From NCBI GenBank assembly GCA_002068415.1, contig MVZM01000003.1, forward strand, positions 40,306-104,305: a stretch of 64,000 nucleotides of DNA, written 5' to 3'. Every line of letters begins with the position of its first letter. Position 1 is the first letter of the stretch. Below the pieces are notes generated by a model. It ran no database searches, was not told the origin of the DNA, and worked only from the letters and a program-made list of their open reading frames with translations. Shown here in pieces: positions 16,790 through 27,720 of the stretch. Made by a program: the position numbers and the translations under genes. This DNA comes from Tenericutes bacterium ADurb.BinA124. Its GTDB lineage: Bacteria > Bacillota_I > Bacilli_A > ML615J-28 > CAG-698.

Positions 16790-19348
16790 TTAAGCATCTT
16801 CTTCCATTAATTCAATAAATAAGGCGGCTAAATAAGGATCAAACTGCGTTCCCGCACAAGCTTTGATTTCCGCTAAAGCTTCTTCCGTTGTTTTGGTGGG
16901 ACGGTAGGAACGCTCTTGGGTCATGGCATCGAAAGCATCAACAATGCTGATGATGCGTGATAAGAGGGGAATTTCTTGACCTTTTAAACCTTGTGGATAG
17001 CCGGAACCGTCCCATTTTTCATGATGAGACAAAACATACTCGGCAATCGAACTCAGTTCCGGTGATGCTTTGGTAATGCGGTAACCAATTCCCGGATGTT
17101 TTTTGATTTCCTCCCATTCCGTAGCATTCAATTTCCCCGGCTTATTTAAAATATTACTATCAATGCCGACTTTGCCAATATCATGAAGCGTTGCCAATAA
17201 GGATAATTCATCAAGACCTTTTTGATTAAGGCCGAGTTTCTTGCCAACTCTTTCGGATAAAAGCCGCATTCGTTCCGCATGAGCTTCTGTTTCTTGGCTC
17301 TTTTCAAACATGGTGGCGGTAATGGACGAGACGAAGGAACTATGTAAACTGTTTCGTTCCAAGAGTTTGCGCTTATACATAAAATCTTCTGCTGTTTTTT
17401 GTACATTACTAATACTTTCCGTTACGCTTTCTTTAGTTGCAAAGCCCAAGGAGAGACTAATAATTGAACCTTTGCCGAGAGTATTGCTTTTATCTTTATC
17501 ACAGCGATCTTGAATCTTTTTTAAATAATAATAGGCGGTTTCGCTATCCGTATTCGGTAAAAGAACGGTAAATTCATCGCCTCCGGTGCGGGCGACCACA
17601 TCATCTTCTCGAACGGAGGTTTTGATAATTTCCGCTGTTCTTTTTATTAAGTAATCACCTTCATCATGACCAAAGGCATCATTGGTTAGTTTTAAACCAT
17701 TGATATCAGCAACAATAATCGACAATGGTAAATACTGTAGATGGTCTAAGCGGGCGCGTTCTTTATCAAAATACCCCCGATTATAAAGCCCTGTCAACAT
17801 ATCATGTTCACTCATATATTGGATTTCAATTTGTTTGCTTTTTTGTTCACTAATGTCAAGGATAAGTCCTTCTAAAGATTCCACAAATCCCATTTCATTA
17901 TAAACCGGTTGCCCTTGTTCAAGAACCCATTTTCGTTCTCCAGTGGCGGTGACAATGACGAACTCTTCCCGCACTGCTTGCCGATTTTTGACGGCATCAC
18001 CCCACACTTGCCACAAATGTTCTTGAAACTCGGGGGCAATTAATTCATTGAACGAAAGATCCCGATTATTGATGATGTTTTCCGGGCGATGGCCGGTTAA
18101 TTCGAAACATCCTTCCGACACAAATTGCATCGTCCAATTGCGATCAAAATTGCATTTATAAGCCATTCCCGGCAAATTAGATAACAAAACACTATGACTG
18201 TGAACACTTTCTTTCAACTGTTTTTCAACGGCTTTACGTCGCGTAATATCAAAGAAAGTAACCACGACGCCGGTAATTTGACCTTGTTGGAAAAGGGGAT
18301 GAGCAAAAACTTCAACACTGAAACTCGTGCGGTTCTTCCGCCAAAATACTTCTTTGTCTGAGTAAAAACCGGCTTTGGTTTTAAAGACTTGTGTAATTCC
18401 ACATTCTTCAACGGGAATTATTTGATTGAGAACATTATGGTGGTGGAAGAGTAAATGGGCATTTTTGCCAAGCAAATCACTTTCCCGTTCGTAACCAAGC
18501 AAGCGACGACAAATGAGATTACAGAATTTAATATTTCCTTCCAAATCAATAACAAAAAGGGCGGCAGTGGTGGTATTAAAAATGGATTTAAAAAATTCTT
18601 CGTTGCTGAAAAAATGACCGGGGGATGATGGGTTTTTCTTTAACAATTGAATATGAGCAATTAAACCCCTTACTTTTCCGGAAGCATTGCGCAAGTAAGT
18701 AATCTTATGAGAAGTAAGCAACGAAGTTTGGTTTTTATGAATCATTTCCACTTCCAATGTAAAAGGTTTTTCATCTTCATGGCCGTGGTCATCTTCAAAG
18801 AGTTGCATAAATAATGTTAGGGAAGAAACTGCAATTAAATTAAAAATGCTTTTTTGTTTGATTTCTTCCACCGAATAACCTAATAAAGAAACAACACCCG
18901 GACTAGCATAAGCGATTTGGTAATCGTTCCGGACAATTAAACTCATTTCGCCACTTTCTTCATAATCATGGTCGCTTAATTGATGGCTAATTTCTTGGTA
19001 ACAAATAATGACTTGATTTTTCTTGATTGATGAAGCACGCGCAAAATAATAAATCTTACTAAAGGCCGAATAACCTTTAAACTGCTTTTGGGTTTTGGTG
19101 TTTACCACTTCACAAAACTGCTTCCACAATTCCCATTCATCGAAAAAATCATTAAAGACCGCTCGACCTGCTTTTTTTAACACATGACTTCTATTTAAAC
19201 CCCAAAAGCCAAGCATGGTTTCATTGATTTCTAAAAAAGAAAAATCAATAATTTTAGATGCTTGTTTTTTCACCTTTAAAATAGCTAAACCGATGTCGTT
19301 TTCGCCAAACAATTGCTTCCATTGTGAAGATTTCATGATGTACCTCAT
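16790..19348 (-). CDS. Cytoplasmic multi-domain c-di-GMP protein (852 aa): PAS/PAS - GGDEF (RTGGDEFTVLL, canonical) - HD-GYP (HHEKWDGSGYP).
   Basis: Motifs read from the translation. No TM segments. Confidence 0.85.
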   Translation of the reverse strand: MRYIMKSSQWKQLFGENDIGLAILKVKKQASKIIDFSFLEINETMLGFWGLNRSHVLKKAGRAVFNDFFDEWELWKQFCEVVNTKTQKQFKGYSAFSKIYYFARASSIKKNQVIICYQEISHQLSDHDYEESGEMSLIVRNDYQIAYASPGVVSLLGYSVEEIKQKSIFNLIAVSSLTLFMQLFEDDHGHEDEKPFTLEVEMIHKNQTSLLTSHKITYLRNASGKVRGLIAHIQLLKKNPSSPGHFFSNEEFFKSIFNTTTAALFVIDLEGNIKFCNLICRRLLGYERESDLLGKNAHLLFHHHNVLNQIIPVEECGITQVFKTKAGFYSDKEVFWRKNRTSFSVEVFAHPLFQQGQITGVVVTFFDITRRKAVEKQLKESVHSHSVLLSNLPGMAYKCNFDRNWTMQFVSEGCFELTGHRPENIINNRDLSFNELIAPEFQEHLWQVWGDAVKNRQAVREEFVIVTATGERKWVLEQGQPVYNEMGFVESLEGLILDISEQKSKQIEIQYMSEHDMLTGLYNRGYFDKERARLDHLQYLPLSIIVADINGLKLTNDAFGHDEGDYLIKRTAEIIKTSVREDDVVARTGGDEFTVLLPNTDSETAYYYLKKIQDRCDKDKSNTLGKGSIISLSLGFATKESVTESISNVQKTAEDFMYKRKLLERNSLHSSFVSSITATMFEKSQETEAHAERMRLLSERVGKKLGLNQKGLDELSLLATLHDIGKVGIDSNILNKPGKLNATEWEEIKKHPGIGYRITKASPELSSIAEYVLSHHEKWDGSGYPQGLKGQEIPLLSRIISIVDAFDAMTQERSYRPTKTTEEALAEIKACAGTQFDPYLAALFIELMEEDA

Positions 19349-19440
19349 TTAAGTAAAAAATTAACGGGTTTTTAAAAGGGAATAATCAAGGTTTTACTCT
19401 TAGACTAATTATACATCAATTTTATGATTTAAACAACGAA

Positions 19441-19478
19441 AAAATAAACGAGCTTCAACTAGATGTTGAAACTCGCTT
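19441..19478 (-). terminator. Terminator overlapping the stop codon of the HAD hydrolase gene (GCGAGTTTCAAC-ATCTA-GTTGAAGCTCG followed by a U-run).
   Basis: Hairpin and T-run read on the minus strand. Confidence 0.65.
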
Positions 19479-20138
19479 TTTGATTAAGCTTAATAATTGC
19501 TTGGGTTCATCAATTAAGAGTTCAGCTTGAGCTTTCCATAATTGCTCCGCAGTGCGAAAACCCCAAGTTACCCCAATAAAGGGTAATAAAGCATTCTTGG
19601 CCGTTAAAACATCGGTTTCCGAATCACCGACATAAACGATATCGGAGCTGGGCTTTAGACCTAACTCGGAAAGGGCTAGATGAACACTGTCGGGAGCCGG
19701 TTTTAAAGCTAAGCCCGGACGATTACCGATGGCCACATCAATCCATTTTCCAAAAAACTGATCCCGAAGGCCATCAACTCCGGATTGAATCTTGTTGGAA
19801 ACAATGGCCATAGGGATTTGTTGGCGTTTTAATTCATCAAGCAAGGATTCTATGCCATCATAGGCTTTAGTTTCAATCAAAAGATGCCTTTGATAATATT
19901 CTTTAAAGAATATTAAACACTGTTGATAAATGTCCTCACCAATAGTTTCCGGAAGAGCCTTGCGCACTAGCCAAGCAACACCATGGCCTAAATAACAGCG
20001 AACTTCTTCCCGTGATTTTAAGGGATAGTGATATTGACTTAAGGTGGCATTAACCGCCGCCGTCAAATCGTCCAAAGTGTCTAACAAAGTGCCATCTAAA
20101 TCAAAGATAACAGCTTTAAGGGGGGTGGTAATCTTCAT
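19455..20138 (-). CDS. HAD-superfamily hydrolase, phosphoglycolate-phosphatase-like (227 aa)
   Basis: VIFDLDGTLLDT motif I. Motifs SNK and GDSETD present. Confidence 0.8.
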   Translation of the reverse strand: MKITTPLKAVIFDLDGTLLDTLDDLTAAVNATLSQYHYPLKSREEVRCYLGHGVAWLVRKALPETIGEDIYQQCLIFFKEYYQRHLLIETKAYDGIESLLDELKRQQIPMAIVSNKIQSGVDGLRDQFFGKWIDVAIGNRPGLALKPAPDSVHLALSELGLKPSSDIVYVGDSETDVLTAKNALLPFIGVTWGFRTAEQLWKAQAELLIDEPKQLLSLIKKRVSTSS

Positions 20139-20143
20139 CGATA

Positions 20144-20809
20144 TTACCCCTTTTGCGAATTCACATAGTGATTGAATTTCGCAATCTTCGCCGTGGCCCC
20201 AAAAACATAAATATGATCATTGGGCATAATGCTGTCACTGGCTTTAGGCAGCAAGGACAGTTGGTCCCGTTTAATCAATAACAAGTTGACATCAAAGCGG
20301 TTGCGCGGATTTAACTCTTGAATATTGAGGGGGGTGATGTCGCTTTCAATCGATATTTCCGCAACCGAAAATTCAGTATTGATATTAAAATAATCAACAA
20401 AGGTATCGGCAACAATTTTATTGGCCAAGCGCACACCGGCAATTTTTTGGGGGGAGACGATATCCGTGGCCCCCAGTTTTTTCATCACGGACACATAGAA
20501 TTCATCATCAACCCGCACCGTTATTTTAGGAATCCCCATTTCCTTTAAAATAATTGTCGTTAAAATGGTGTTTTGGAGGTTGGAACCAAAGGCAATAACG
20601 GCATGGTCGACATTGTGTACCCCTAATTCTTTTAAAGCGGCTTCGTTTGTAGAGTCACAAACAAAAGCGCTACTAACAAATTCGCTCGCCTTAACAACAT
20701 TTTCCTCCATAACATCAATGGCAATGATATCAACATTGTGCATACTTAATTCTTCAATTAATTTCAGGCCAAAACGGCCCAAGCCTAAAACGGCAAAGGA
20801 TTTTTTCAT
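20144..20809 (-). CDS. ktrA: K+ uptake regulatory subunit, TrkA/KtrA family (RCK_N + RCK_C), 221 aa
   Basis: AVLGLGRFGLKLIEEL Rossmann motif. The size matches KtrA/KtrC. Confidence 0.75.
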   Translation of the reverse strand: MKKSFAVLGLGRFGLKLIEELSMHNVDIIAIDVMEENVVKASEFVSSAFVCDSTNEAALKELGVHNVDHAVIAFGSNLQNTILTTIILKEMGIPKITVRVDDEFYVSVMKKLGATDIVSPQKIAGVRLANKIVADTFVDYFNINTEFSVAEISIESDITPLNIQELNPRNRFDVNLLLIKRDQLSLLPKASDSIMPNDHIYVFGATAKIAKFNHYVNSQKG

Positions 20810-20830
20810 ATGAACCTCCTAATGTAAATT

Positions 20831-22162
20831 CTATCCGATAATCATTTTTTCTTCAAGGTACTTAATGCCGACATTGGCATCAATATTCCAATTCCGGTTC
20901 CAAGCACTGATAATCGTAATCGGCCCTAAACGCCCAAAAAACATCGTTAAACAGATGATTAATTTACTGCCCCAAGTTAAATGAGCTGTAATCCCCATCG
21001 AGTTTCCTACCGTCCCAAAGGCGGAAAAGACTTCGAAAACAATTCGTTCTAAATTGTCGGTCGTAGCTGTCGCTAATAAATGCTTTTGTTCGGTCAATGT
21101 TAAAGCAAAAATAGCCAAAAAGATAAATGTTAAGGAAAAAACCACTAAAATAAAAGCTTTAATGACACTGCCAGTAGCAATCCGTCGTTTGAAAGTAAGC
21201 GGTAAGCGACCACGAGCAAAGGAACTGATATATTTAATAACGGTATAAAAGGTGGTCGTTTTAACGCCACCACCGGTGGAAGCGGGTGAAGCACCAATAT
21301 ACATTAGAGCCATTACAACAATTAAAGCACTGCTGGTGATGGTGTTAAAGTCTACGACAGCGAAGCCGGCCGTTCTGGCTGCAACACTGGTAAAGAAAGC
21401 TTGCATCCAAGTGATATTATTCCATTCCAACAGTTTTAAAATAAGTGCCCCAAAAACAATTAAGCACAGCGATGTTAACAACACAATCTTGCTATGAACA
21501 GATAATTTTTTCCAGGATTTATTGGTAATAATGTCATTAATGACAATGAAACCAATTCCCCCAATCACGATTAAAACAGCCGTGTTAATTAAAAGGAGGG
21601 GATTTTGATAAGGTATGAGGGAAGTTCCTTCAGTAAACAAATCAAAGCCGGCATTATTAAAAGAGGATATGGCATGAAAAACACTGATTCCTAAAGCCTT
21701 CCCAAAGGAAAAATACCTATTAAATACTAAAAAGTTAATAATGGCACCCAATGTTTGCACAATTAAAGTAACAAAAACAGTAAAGCGCACCAGTTTAACG
21801 ATCCCTTTTAAGGAGTTTTGATTTAAAGATTCCTTTATTAAGAAACGATCCTGAATCCCAATCTTTAATCCTAACAGCGTGAAAATAAAGATAACAATCG
21901 TCACAAAGCCCAAACCGCCAATTTCCATTAAGATGGCAATGACGATTTTCCCAAACAAGGTATAGGTCCCGGCTAAAGTGGGGACGGCGGATAAACCCGT
22001 CACACAAACCGCACTGGTAGCGGTAAATAAAGCATCAATATAGGATAAGGAAACATGATTGTAAGTTGCGAAAGGAAGCATCAACAAAAGCGAGCCGATT
22101 AAAATAAGGCCGATAAACCCCAAGATAATGATAACATAAGGCGAGATTTTTTTCTTATTCAT
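20831..22162 (-). CDS. ktrB: K+ transporter membrane subunit, TrkH/KtrB family (443 aa)
   Basis: Polytopic, with repeated GxG-containing pore-loop motifs (GFAVVD, GFDLF). Adjacent to ktrA. Confidence 0.75.
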   Translation of the reverse strand: MNKKKISPYVIIILGFIGLILIGSLLLMLPFATYNHVSLSYIDALFTATSAVCVTGLSAVPTLAGTYTLFGKIVIAILMEIGGLGFVTIVIFIFTLLGLKIGIQDRFLIKESLNQNSLKGIVKLVRFTVFVTLIVQTLGAIINFLVFNRYFSFGKALGISVFHAISSFNNAGFDLFTEGTSLIPYQNPLLLINTAVLIVIGGIGFIVINDIITNKSWKKLSVHSKIVLLTSLCLIVFGALILKLLEWNNITWMQAFFTSVAARTAGFAVVDFNTITSSALIVVMALMYIGASPASTGGGVKTTTFYTVIKYISSFARGRLPLTFKRRIATGSVIKAFILVVFSLTFIFLAIFALTLTEQKHLLATATTDNLERIVFEVFSAFGTVGNSMGITAHLTWGSKLIICLTMFFGRLGPITIISAWNRNWNIDANVGIKYLEEKMIIG

Positions 22163-22254
22163 TCATATCACCATGAAAGATTTTTCTATATTGGTATTAT
22201 ACGCTTATTATTTACTTTATGCAATGAATGGTTTTTTTAGACTTTTTTTCTTTC

Positions 22255-22290
22255 TACAAAAAAAGGGTCATTTTGACCCTCTTATCCAAC
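22255..22290 (-). terminator. Terminator of the pot operon (AGGGTCA-AAA-TGACCCT followed by U7 on the minus strand).
   Basis: Seen in the sequence. Confidence 0.75.
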
Positions 22291-23415
22291 TTTAACATTG
22301 TTAACCATCGTAATAATGGACGCTAAATACTCTCTCGAAAGATTAGTTAGCGGGGTGCCTTTAAATTGCACAAGGTCTGTTGGCAATGGTTTCGGATAAT
22401 ATTTTAAATTAGCTTGCGCCCATGCTTTCAACCAAGGATCATCGCCTTGATAGCCGACAATTTGGTCATAAGCTTTTAAAACGGGGGTGCAGTAGCCCAC
22501 AACACTGGCATTTAAGTAAGCAATTTCCGGTCGCAACATGAAATCAATAAATTTATGGGCCAATTCCACATTATGAGCGTTTTTCGGAATAACCAAGCCA
22601 TCCATAAAGGCAATCGTATCTTCCGGAATATAAATATCGAATTTGACTTTGCTGGGATCGGGATTAACATCGAGTTGTTGGTAATAAACATCTAAGAAAT
22701 CCCCCGTCCAAACAAAGGCTAAATCTAAGTTATTGGCAACAATCGCTTTTTTCAGAGTATCCGTTCCCCATTCCGCAAACTCCCGCTTTCTTAACGTTGT
22801 TTCCGCAAGCGCCAAAGCCGTACTTGATTCTTCGTTGACACTTAAGCCGTTATAAAGCATCGCCGCAGCATAAGCATAGCGGGGAATATTATACATCCCT
22901 ACTTTCGTCCCGCTGGGAACTTTGTCCACATCAAAGAAAGCACTCCAAGCGTTCGCAAGCACCGCTTCTTCCAAGCCCGCTTTTTGTTTATTATACATTA
23001 AGCCCCAAGTTCCCCAAAAATAAGGAACGGCATATTCTTCATTCCCGCTAAACATGGCTCCTTGGATTCCTAAAACCCCGGGCATCAAGGGATTATTAAC
23101 AGGATCATAATTGCTTAATTTAGTTAAATCAATTTTTTGGAGTAAACCATCATTCTTCATCTTCTCAATCATATATTCGGAAGGCACCGCAATATCATAA
23201 ACAGTGGTCGCATTGTCAATTTTTTCATAGAAACCTTCATTGCTCTCCACATAAGTCGGAACAACCCGAACATGATACTCTTGTTCAAAGCGGCTTACCA
23301 CTTCATCATTGATATATTCGCCCCAGTTGAGAAGCATTAATTTTTCCGAACCGGAACAAGCCGAGCTCACTACCAATAACCACAGCGAAATTAAAAAAAC
23401 ACTAATTTTTTTCAT
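22282..23415 (-). CDS. potD: Spermidine/putrescine ABC transporter substrate-binding lipoprotein
   Basis: Lipobox LVVSSAC. PotD-like binding protein. Operon order potA-B-C-D. Confidence 0.8.
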   Translation of the reverse strand: MKKISVFLISLWLLVVSSACSGSEKLMLLNWGEYINDEVVSRFEQEYHVRVVPTYVESNEGFYEKIDNATTVYDIAVPSEYMIEKMKNDGLLQKIDLTKLSNYDPVNNPLMPGVLGIQGAMFSGNEEYAVPYFWGTWGLMYNKQKAGLEEAVLANAWSAFFDVDKVPSGTKVGMYNIPRYAYAAAMLYNGLSVNEESSTALALAETTLRKREFAEWGTDTLKKAIVANNLDLAFVWTGDFLDVYYQQLDVNPDPSKVKFDIYIPEDTIAFMDGLVIPKNAHNVELAHKFIDFMLRPEIAYLNASVVGYCTPVLKAYDQIVGYQGDDPWLKAWAQANLKYYPKPLPTDLVQFKGTPLTNLSREYLASIITMVNNVKVG

Positions 23416-24271
23416 TTTTATTTTTACCTTTCCTATGAGAAATAAAATTAAACAACAACAAAAGCCCCAGTGTAAACAAGGTTAACAAAGTGCTAAAAGC
23501 ATAGACGGCCGGGGTTAAGCTTCGGCGACCAATGCTGGCATAAATCCAAATGGATAAATTATCAAATCCATTGCCGGTTGTGAAATAACTGACGACAAAA
23601 TCATCAATGGACATCGTAAAGGCTAGTAACATGCCGGAGAAAATCCCGGCTTTAATGGCCGGAATAATCACTTTAAGCAAGGCTCGATAAGGTTTAACCC
23701 CTAAATCGAGAGCCGCATCCATTAAATTGGGATCAATTTCCTTTAGTTTGGGCAGCACACTTAAAATAACATAAGGGAAAGTAAAGAATAAATGCGCTAA
23801 AATTAAGGTTGGGAAACCAAAAATATATGGATAAATATTGATTAAAAGCGAAAACACCAACATCAGGCTAATCCCGGTCACAATATCGGCATTTAATAAG
23901 GGAATGTTATTTAATAACAAAAGCCGTTGTCGTTTTTTGGTTTCCAGAGAATTAATCCCGATGGCGACAAAAGTCCCCAAAACCGTCGACAAAACGGTCG
24001 CTCCCACACTAATGATTAAGGTGTTTTTAATGGCCGGAGCGAGGGTCGGATGGCTGAAAATCTTCGTATACCATGATAAGGTAAAAGAATCAAAAACATT
24101 CAGTTGCGTACTGGAATTAACGGATTGAATGGCAATAAGGACAAGGGGTAAATAAAGAGCGATGATGATTAAAATAACCATCACTAGTTTAACGATATTA
24201 AAGATTTTTTTCCAAACCGTATAATCTTTATAACCGTATTCTTCAATGCGAGCTCTGGGATATGCCATCAT
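23402..24271 (-). CDS. potC: Spermidine/putrescine ABC transporter permease
   Basis: 6-TM permease with an EAA-like loop. Operon context. Confidence 0.75.
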   Translation of the reverse strand: MMAYPRARIEEYGYKDYTVWKKIFNIVKLVMVILIIIALYLPLVLIAIQSVNSSTQLNVFDSFTLSWYTKIFSHPTLAPAIKNTLIISVGATVLSTVLGTFVAIGINSLETKKRQRLLLLNNIPLLNADIVTGISLMLVFSLLINIYPYIFGFPTLILAHLFFTFPYVILSVLPKLKEIDPNLMDAALDLGVKPYRALLKVIIPAIKAGIFSGMLLAFTMSIDDFVVSYFTTGNGFDNLSIWIYASIGRRSLTPAVYAFSTLLTLFTLGLLLLFNFISHRKGKNKNEKN

Positions 24272-25125
24272 AGCAGGGTCTCTCCTTCCTTATCGACTTT
24301 GCTGACCACAAAGATGGAGCCTAAAATCAGCACTAATAAAATAATGGCTAATAGAGAACCAAGATTATAGTGAGTATGCAAGAACGATTGTTCGATAAGA
24401 TTACCGACTAACACGATATTGCCTTTCCCTAAAATTAACGGGATAGCAAAACCCGACATGGAAGGAAGGAACACCATAATCGATCCGGTGATGACGCCTT
24501 TTAAGGAAAGGGGAAAGATAACCCGCCAAAACTTTTGAAAATCATTAGCTCCTAAGTCAACAGCGGCTTCTTCCAAGGAATAATCGATTTTTTCCAAAGC
24601 GGTATAAATCGGTAAAATCATAAACGGTAAATAAGTAATGACCAAACCTAATAAAACCGCCAATTGATGGCCTTCTTTATTACCGAAATCAAGGGCATAA
24701 ATATTAACGCTTAAGTCAATATTGATGCGACTTAAGAGGTCTTGAATCATATTATTAGGTTCCAACATATTCCGTAAAGCTTCATTTCTTAAAAGAATAT
24801 TTGACCACATTGGTAAAATTAAGATTGTTAATATCAAGAATTTGTTTTTGAACTTGGAACGAAAGATTTGATAAGCGACTAAGTAACCTAAAACCCAACA
24901 GATAGCCATCGTCAAGAAGGCAAATTTAAAACTGTTTCCAAAGGCCTGCAGGGTTGATGGTTCCTTTAGAAAGGCAAAGTTTTTTAAAGAAAAAACGGCT
25001 TGACCAAATTTAATTCCCGGCACATCCAAAAAAATTAATACCAGCATCATAAAGACCGGAAAGACGGCCAAGATAGACAACCAGACTAAATATGGCGTCG
25101 CCATTTTGGTAAAGGCTTTATTCAT
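24268..25125 (-). CDS. potB: Spermidine/putrescine ABC transporter permease
   Basis: 6-TM permease. Operon context. Confidence 0.75.
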   Translation of the reverse strand: MNKAFTKMATPYLVWLSILAVFPVFMMLVLIFLDVPGIKFGQAVFSLKNFAFLKEPSTLQAFGNSFKFAFLTMAICWVLGYLVAYQIFRSKFKNKFLILTILILPMWSNILLRNEALRNMLEPNNMIQDLLSRINIDLSVNIYALDFGNKEGHQLAVLLGLVITYLPFMILPIYTALEKIDYSLEEAAVDLGANDFQKFWRVIFPLSLKGVITGSIMVFLPSMSGFAIPLILGKGNIVLVGNLIEQSFLHTHYNLGSLLAIILLVLILGSIFVVSKVDKEGETLL

Positions 25126-26314
25126 TGCTTTCCACCTTCATTAAATGAATCTCATAGGGATCAACTTTTAAACCAATTGGTTGTCCGACTTCATAATTTT
25201 CATAGGTGTTGACCACAAATTCCACACCTTGAATATTAATGCATAGTTCATTATGAACACCTTTAAAAATGGCGGAAGTCACCACGCCCGTTAATTTGGC
25301 TTGGTCAAGGGGGACAACATCAAAATCTTCCGGACGAATAACAACATCGACATTTTCGTTGTCAGCAAAGGTATAGCCCATGCATGCAAACTCCACAGCC
25401 ATGAACTTCACTAAATTTTTCTTTAAGTAAACACCCGGGATGATATTCGATTCCCCGATAAAGGTCGCTACATAGCGATTAACCGGTTCATTATAAATAT
25501 CTTTCGGGGTCCCTAATTGTTGAATAACGCCATCTTTCATCACAACAATTCGATCACTCATCGTCATCGCTTCTTCTTGGTCATGAGTCACAAAGACAAA
25601 GGTAATCCCTAAGGTTCTTTGCATTTCTTTTAATTCGTACTGCATGTTTTGGCGTAATTTTAAATCTAAAGCCGCTAATGGTTCATCAAGCAAAAGAATT
25701 TTAGGACGATTAACAAGAGCCCGAGCAAGGGCCACGCGTTGTTGTTGACCGCCGCTTAATTGGTTGACTTTACGGCTTTCATAACCTTTTAGTTTAACCA
25801 AGGCTAGAGCTTTTTCCACCGCGGCACTGATTTTCCCATTGATAACTTTTCTTAGATCTCTTTTCGTAATTTTATAAGGTTCCGCTTGCCCGCGGGCTTT
25901 TTTTGTTTCTTTCACTTCATCGATAATTTGTTCTTCGTTAAAGAACTTTAATAAAAACTCCAAATTGCGGTTGCGTAAACCAAAGGCGACATTATCGAAA
26001 ACATTTAAATGGGGAAACAAAGCGTAGCGTTGAAAAACAGTATTAATCGGCCGAACATAGGGTGGTAAATCATTGATGACTTTGCCATCAATGATTATTT
26101 GTCCGGCATTCGGGCTTTCAAAACCGGCAATCATGCGAATAGTCGTTGATTTACCGCAACCCGAAGGACCTAATAAAGTTAAGAATTCATTCTCATAAAT
26201 CTTGAGATTGAGATTATCAACAATCACATCGTCGTCAAATTTTTTAGTAATATTTTTTAGCTCAATTAAAACCTTTTGCACACCAGTTTGCCTCCATTTT
26301 TTGTGATAGAACAA
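25118..26314 (-). CDS. potA: Spermidine/putrescine ABC transporter ATPase (398 aa; contains an about 40-aa insertion after Walker A relative to typical PotA)
   Basis: Walker A GPSGCGKST, signature LSGGQQQRV, Walker B LLLDEPLAALD, C-terminal TOBE-like domain. Confidence 0.85.
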   Translation of the reverse strand: MFYHKKWRQTGVQKVLIELKNITKKFDDDVIVDNLNLKIYENEFLTLLGPSGCGKSTTIRMIAGFESPNAGQIIIDGKVINDLPPYVRPINTVFQRYALFPHLNVFDNVAFGLRNRNLEFLLKFFNEEQIIDEVKETKKARGQAEPYKITKRDLRKVINGKISAAVEKALALVKLKGYESRKVNQLSGGQQQRVALARALVNRPKILLLDEPLAALDLKLRQNMQYELKEMQRTLGITFVFVTHDQEEAMTMSDRIVVMKDGVIQQLGTPKDIYNEPVNRYVATFIGESNIIPGVYLKKNLVKFMAVEFACMGYTFADNENVDVVIRPEDFDVVPLDQAKLTGVVTSAIFKGVHNELCINIQGVEFVVNTYENYEVGQPIGLKVDPYEIHLMKVESNE

Positions 26315-26434
26315 TTATATATTAATTATTGAGAAATACAAGTTAAAATTTTTATTTTTTTAAATTAATTTACATAGAAAAAAGCCAGTAAAACTGACCT
26401 ATTGATTTTGGGGTCACCTTAAAGGGATTAACTT

Positions 26435-26545
26435 TTTTTACCTCACAATTTATTAGATTGTGAATGTTGTTTAAACACAAGGGGTGATCAATTTCAAATC
26501 ACTGTTTTCTTTAAAATCTGGTCAATTTCAATTTACTATAAACAG
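26435..26545. repeat. About 110-bp direct repeat, copy 1 (contains two GGTCAATTTCAA motifs and the palindrome GTGATCAATTTCAAATCAC).
   Basis: About 85% identical to 27609..27720. Confidence 0.8.
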
Positions 26546-27100
26546 ATCTTTTACAATATCTTCAGGACAAGTAATCTCATTTCCTTTTAACGCTAAATCT
26601 AATACTTTTTCTTTATTATGATTTCCTTGATAAAGTAGCAATCTTTCATAGAGAGAAGTATTTACCTGACGCTTTAGTTCTCGAACAGACCATTTAGAAT
26701 TTATACTTTCTTTTTCATAGAAACTTCTTTTATTTTCATCACTTATGCTAAGAAGTTCGTAATAATGAGACCAAGACAATTTGCCAAACAGTGTCTGGCT
26801 TTATGGATAAGTAAGAAATAACTTCCTCATGTTTTGTAAATTTGACCTTGAAAATCTTTTACCAAACTCTTTGTTAAGTTCCTTTAAGAGGTCTTTAATC
26901 AAAGCCTGACCATATTCTACTCTGTCCAAGTGATTTTGTTCGTCTTCCACAATAGTTCTTCCTATTTCCCAATATACTTTGACTAAAGTGGTGTTCACAG
27001 TTTGAGATAGCTCTCGTCTAGCTTGGAGCATTATTCCTTTTATATTTTTAAAAACAGTGTTTTTGTCTTGATTTATCAAATTGCTCATATCCATCTGCAA
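26528..27100 (-). pseudogene. Frameshifted and truncated YhcG/DUF1016-family (PDDEXK nuclease) gene. Only the N-terminal about 190 aa, split over the track ORFs 26801..27100 and 26528..26779.
   Basis: LVKVYWEIGRTIVEDEQNHLDRVEYGQALIKDLLKELNKEFGKRFSRSNLQNMRKLFLTYP and SWSHYYELLSISDENKRSFYEKESINSKWSVRELKRQVNTSLYERLLL match the YhcG N-terminal domain. The nuclease domain is absent. Confidence 0.65.
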
Positions 27101-27555
27101 ATGTCAACTTGAAATTGACCACCTAGCGGTTTAACCACTCCTTGTTTAAGAAATTTATTATGTCCCCACGGTATTCTTAGTATTGGTGTTTCAAATTCCA
27201 CCCCAGCTTGGGGTAAATTCAGCACATTTGGATATAATTCGTAAAACCAAACCATATAGCGTAAATTTGTGACCGAAAACGACTTTACATCCAGCAGAAG
27301 TTCTGTTAAATCCTTACTGACATTATTATAAAAATCAGTACCATAGAGTGATGTTCTATTCATCGATGCAATATCTCTGCCGAGTATCCAATAAAACTGA
27401 AGCATTTGGTCGTTCACTTTAACAGCCACTTTTAATTGGCTTTTTCTAAATGCCTTGCTGATGGATTGAATCCATCCACGATAATATTCATCCTTCTTTA
27501 TCAATTCACTTACGAATCTACCTCCAAGCATTTTAACTTTTCTATGAAATCGCAC
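27085..27555 (-). pseudogene. Second, divergent YhcG/DUF1016 N-terminal fragment (156 aa)
   Basis: KVAVKVNDQMLQFYWILGRDIA...NLRYMVWFYELYP...IPWGHN follows the DUF1016 N-terminal domain pattern. No nuclease domain. Confidence 0.5.
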
Positions 27556-27608
27556 TTAATTCAACTTCTCTACAATCTCAAACCAGTAATAATTTTCTTT
27601 CTACTCCC

Positions 27609-27720
27609 TTTTACCTCACATTCTATTAGATTATGAGTGTCGTTTAACACAAAGGGTGGTCAATTTCAAATTGCTGTTTTCCTTAAAATCTAGTCAATTT
27701 CAGTTTACTATAAACAATTA
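27609..27720. repeat. About 110-bp direct repeat, copy 2.
   Basis: See copy 1. A partial inverted copy (GGTGGTCAATTTCAAGTTGACA) also lies at 27095..27125, and another partial copy (GGTGGTCAATTTTAAGTTGA, reverse complement) at 13445..13470 inside the islet. Confidence 0.75.

Noticed and set aside
26380-26420. AGCCAGT...ACTGAC segment resembling the riboswitch hairpin sequence
   Set aside because: It shares only the heptamer AGCCAGT with the riboswitch terminator stem. The GGCAAAC...GGGACGCAAAGC aptamer core is absent, so it is not a third riboswitch.
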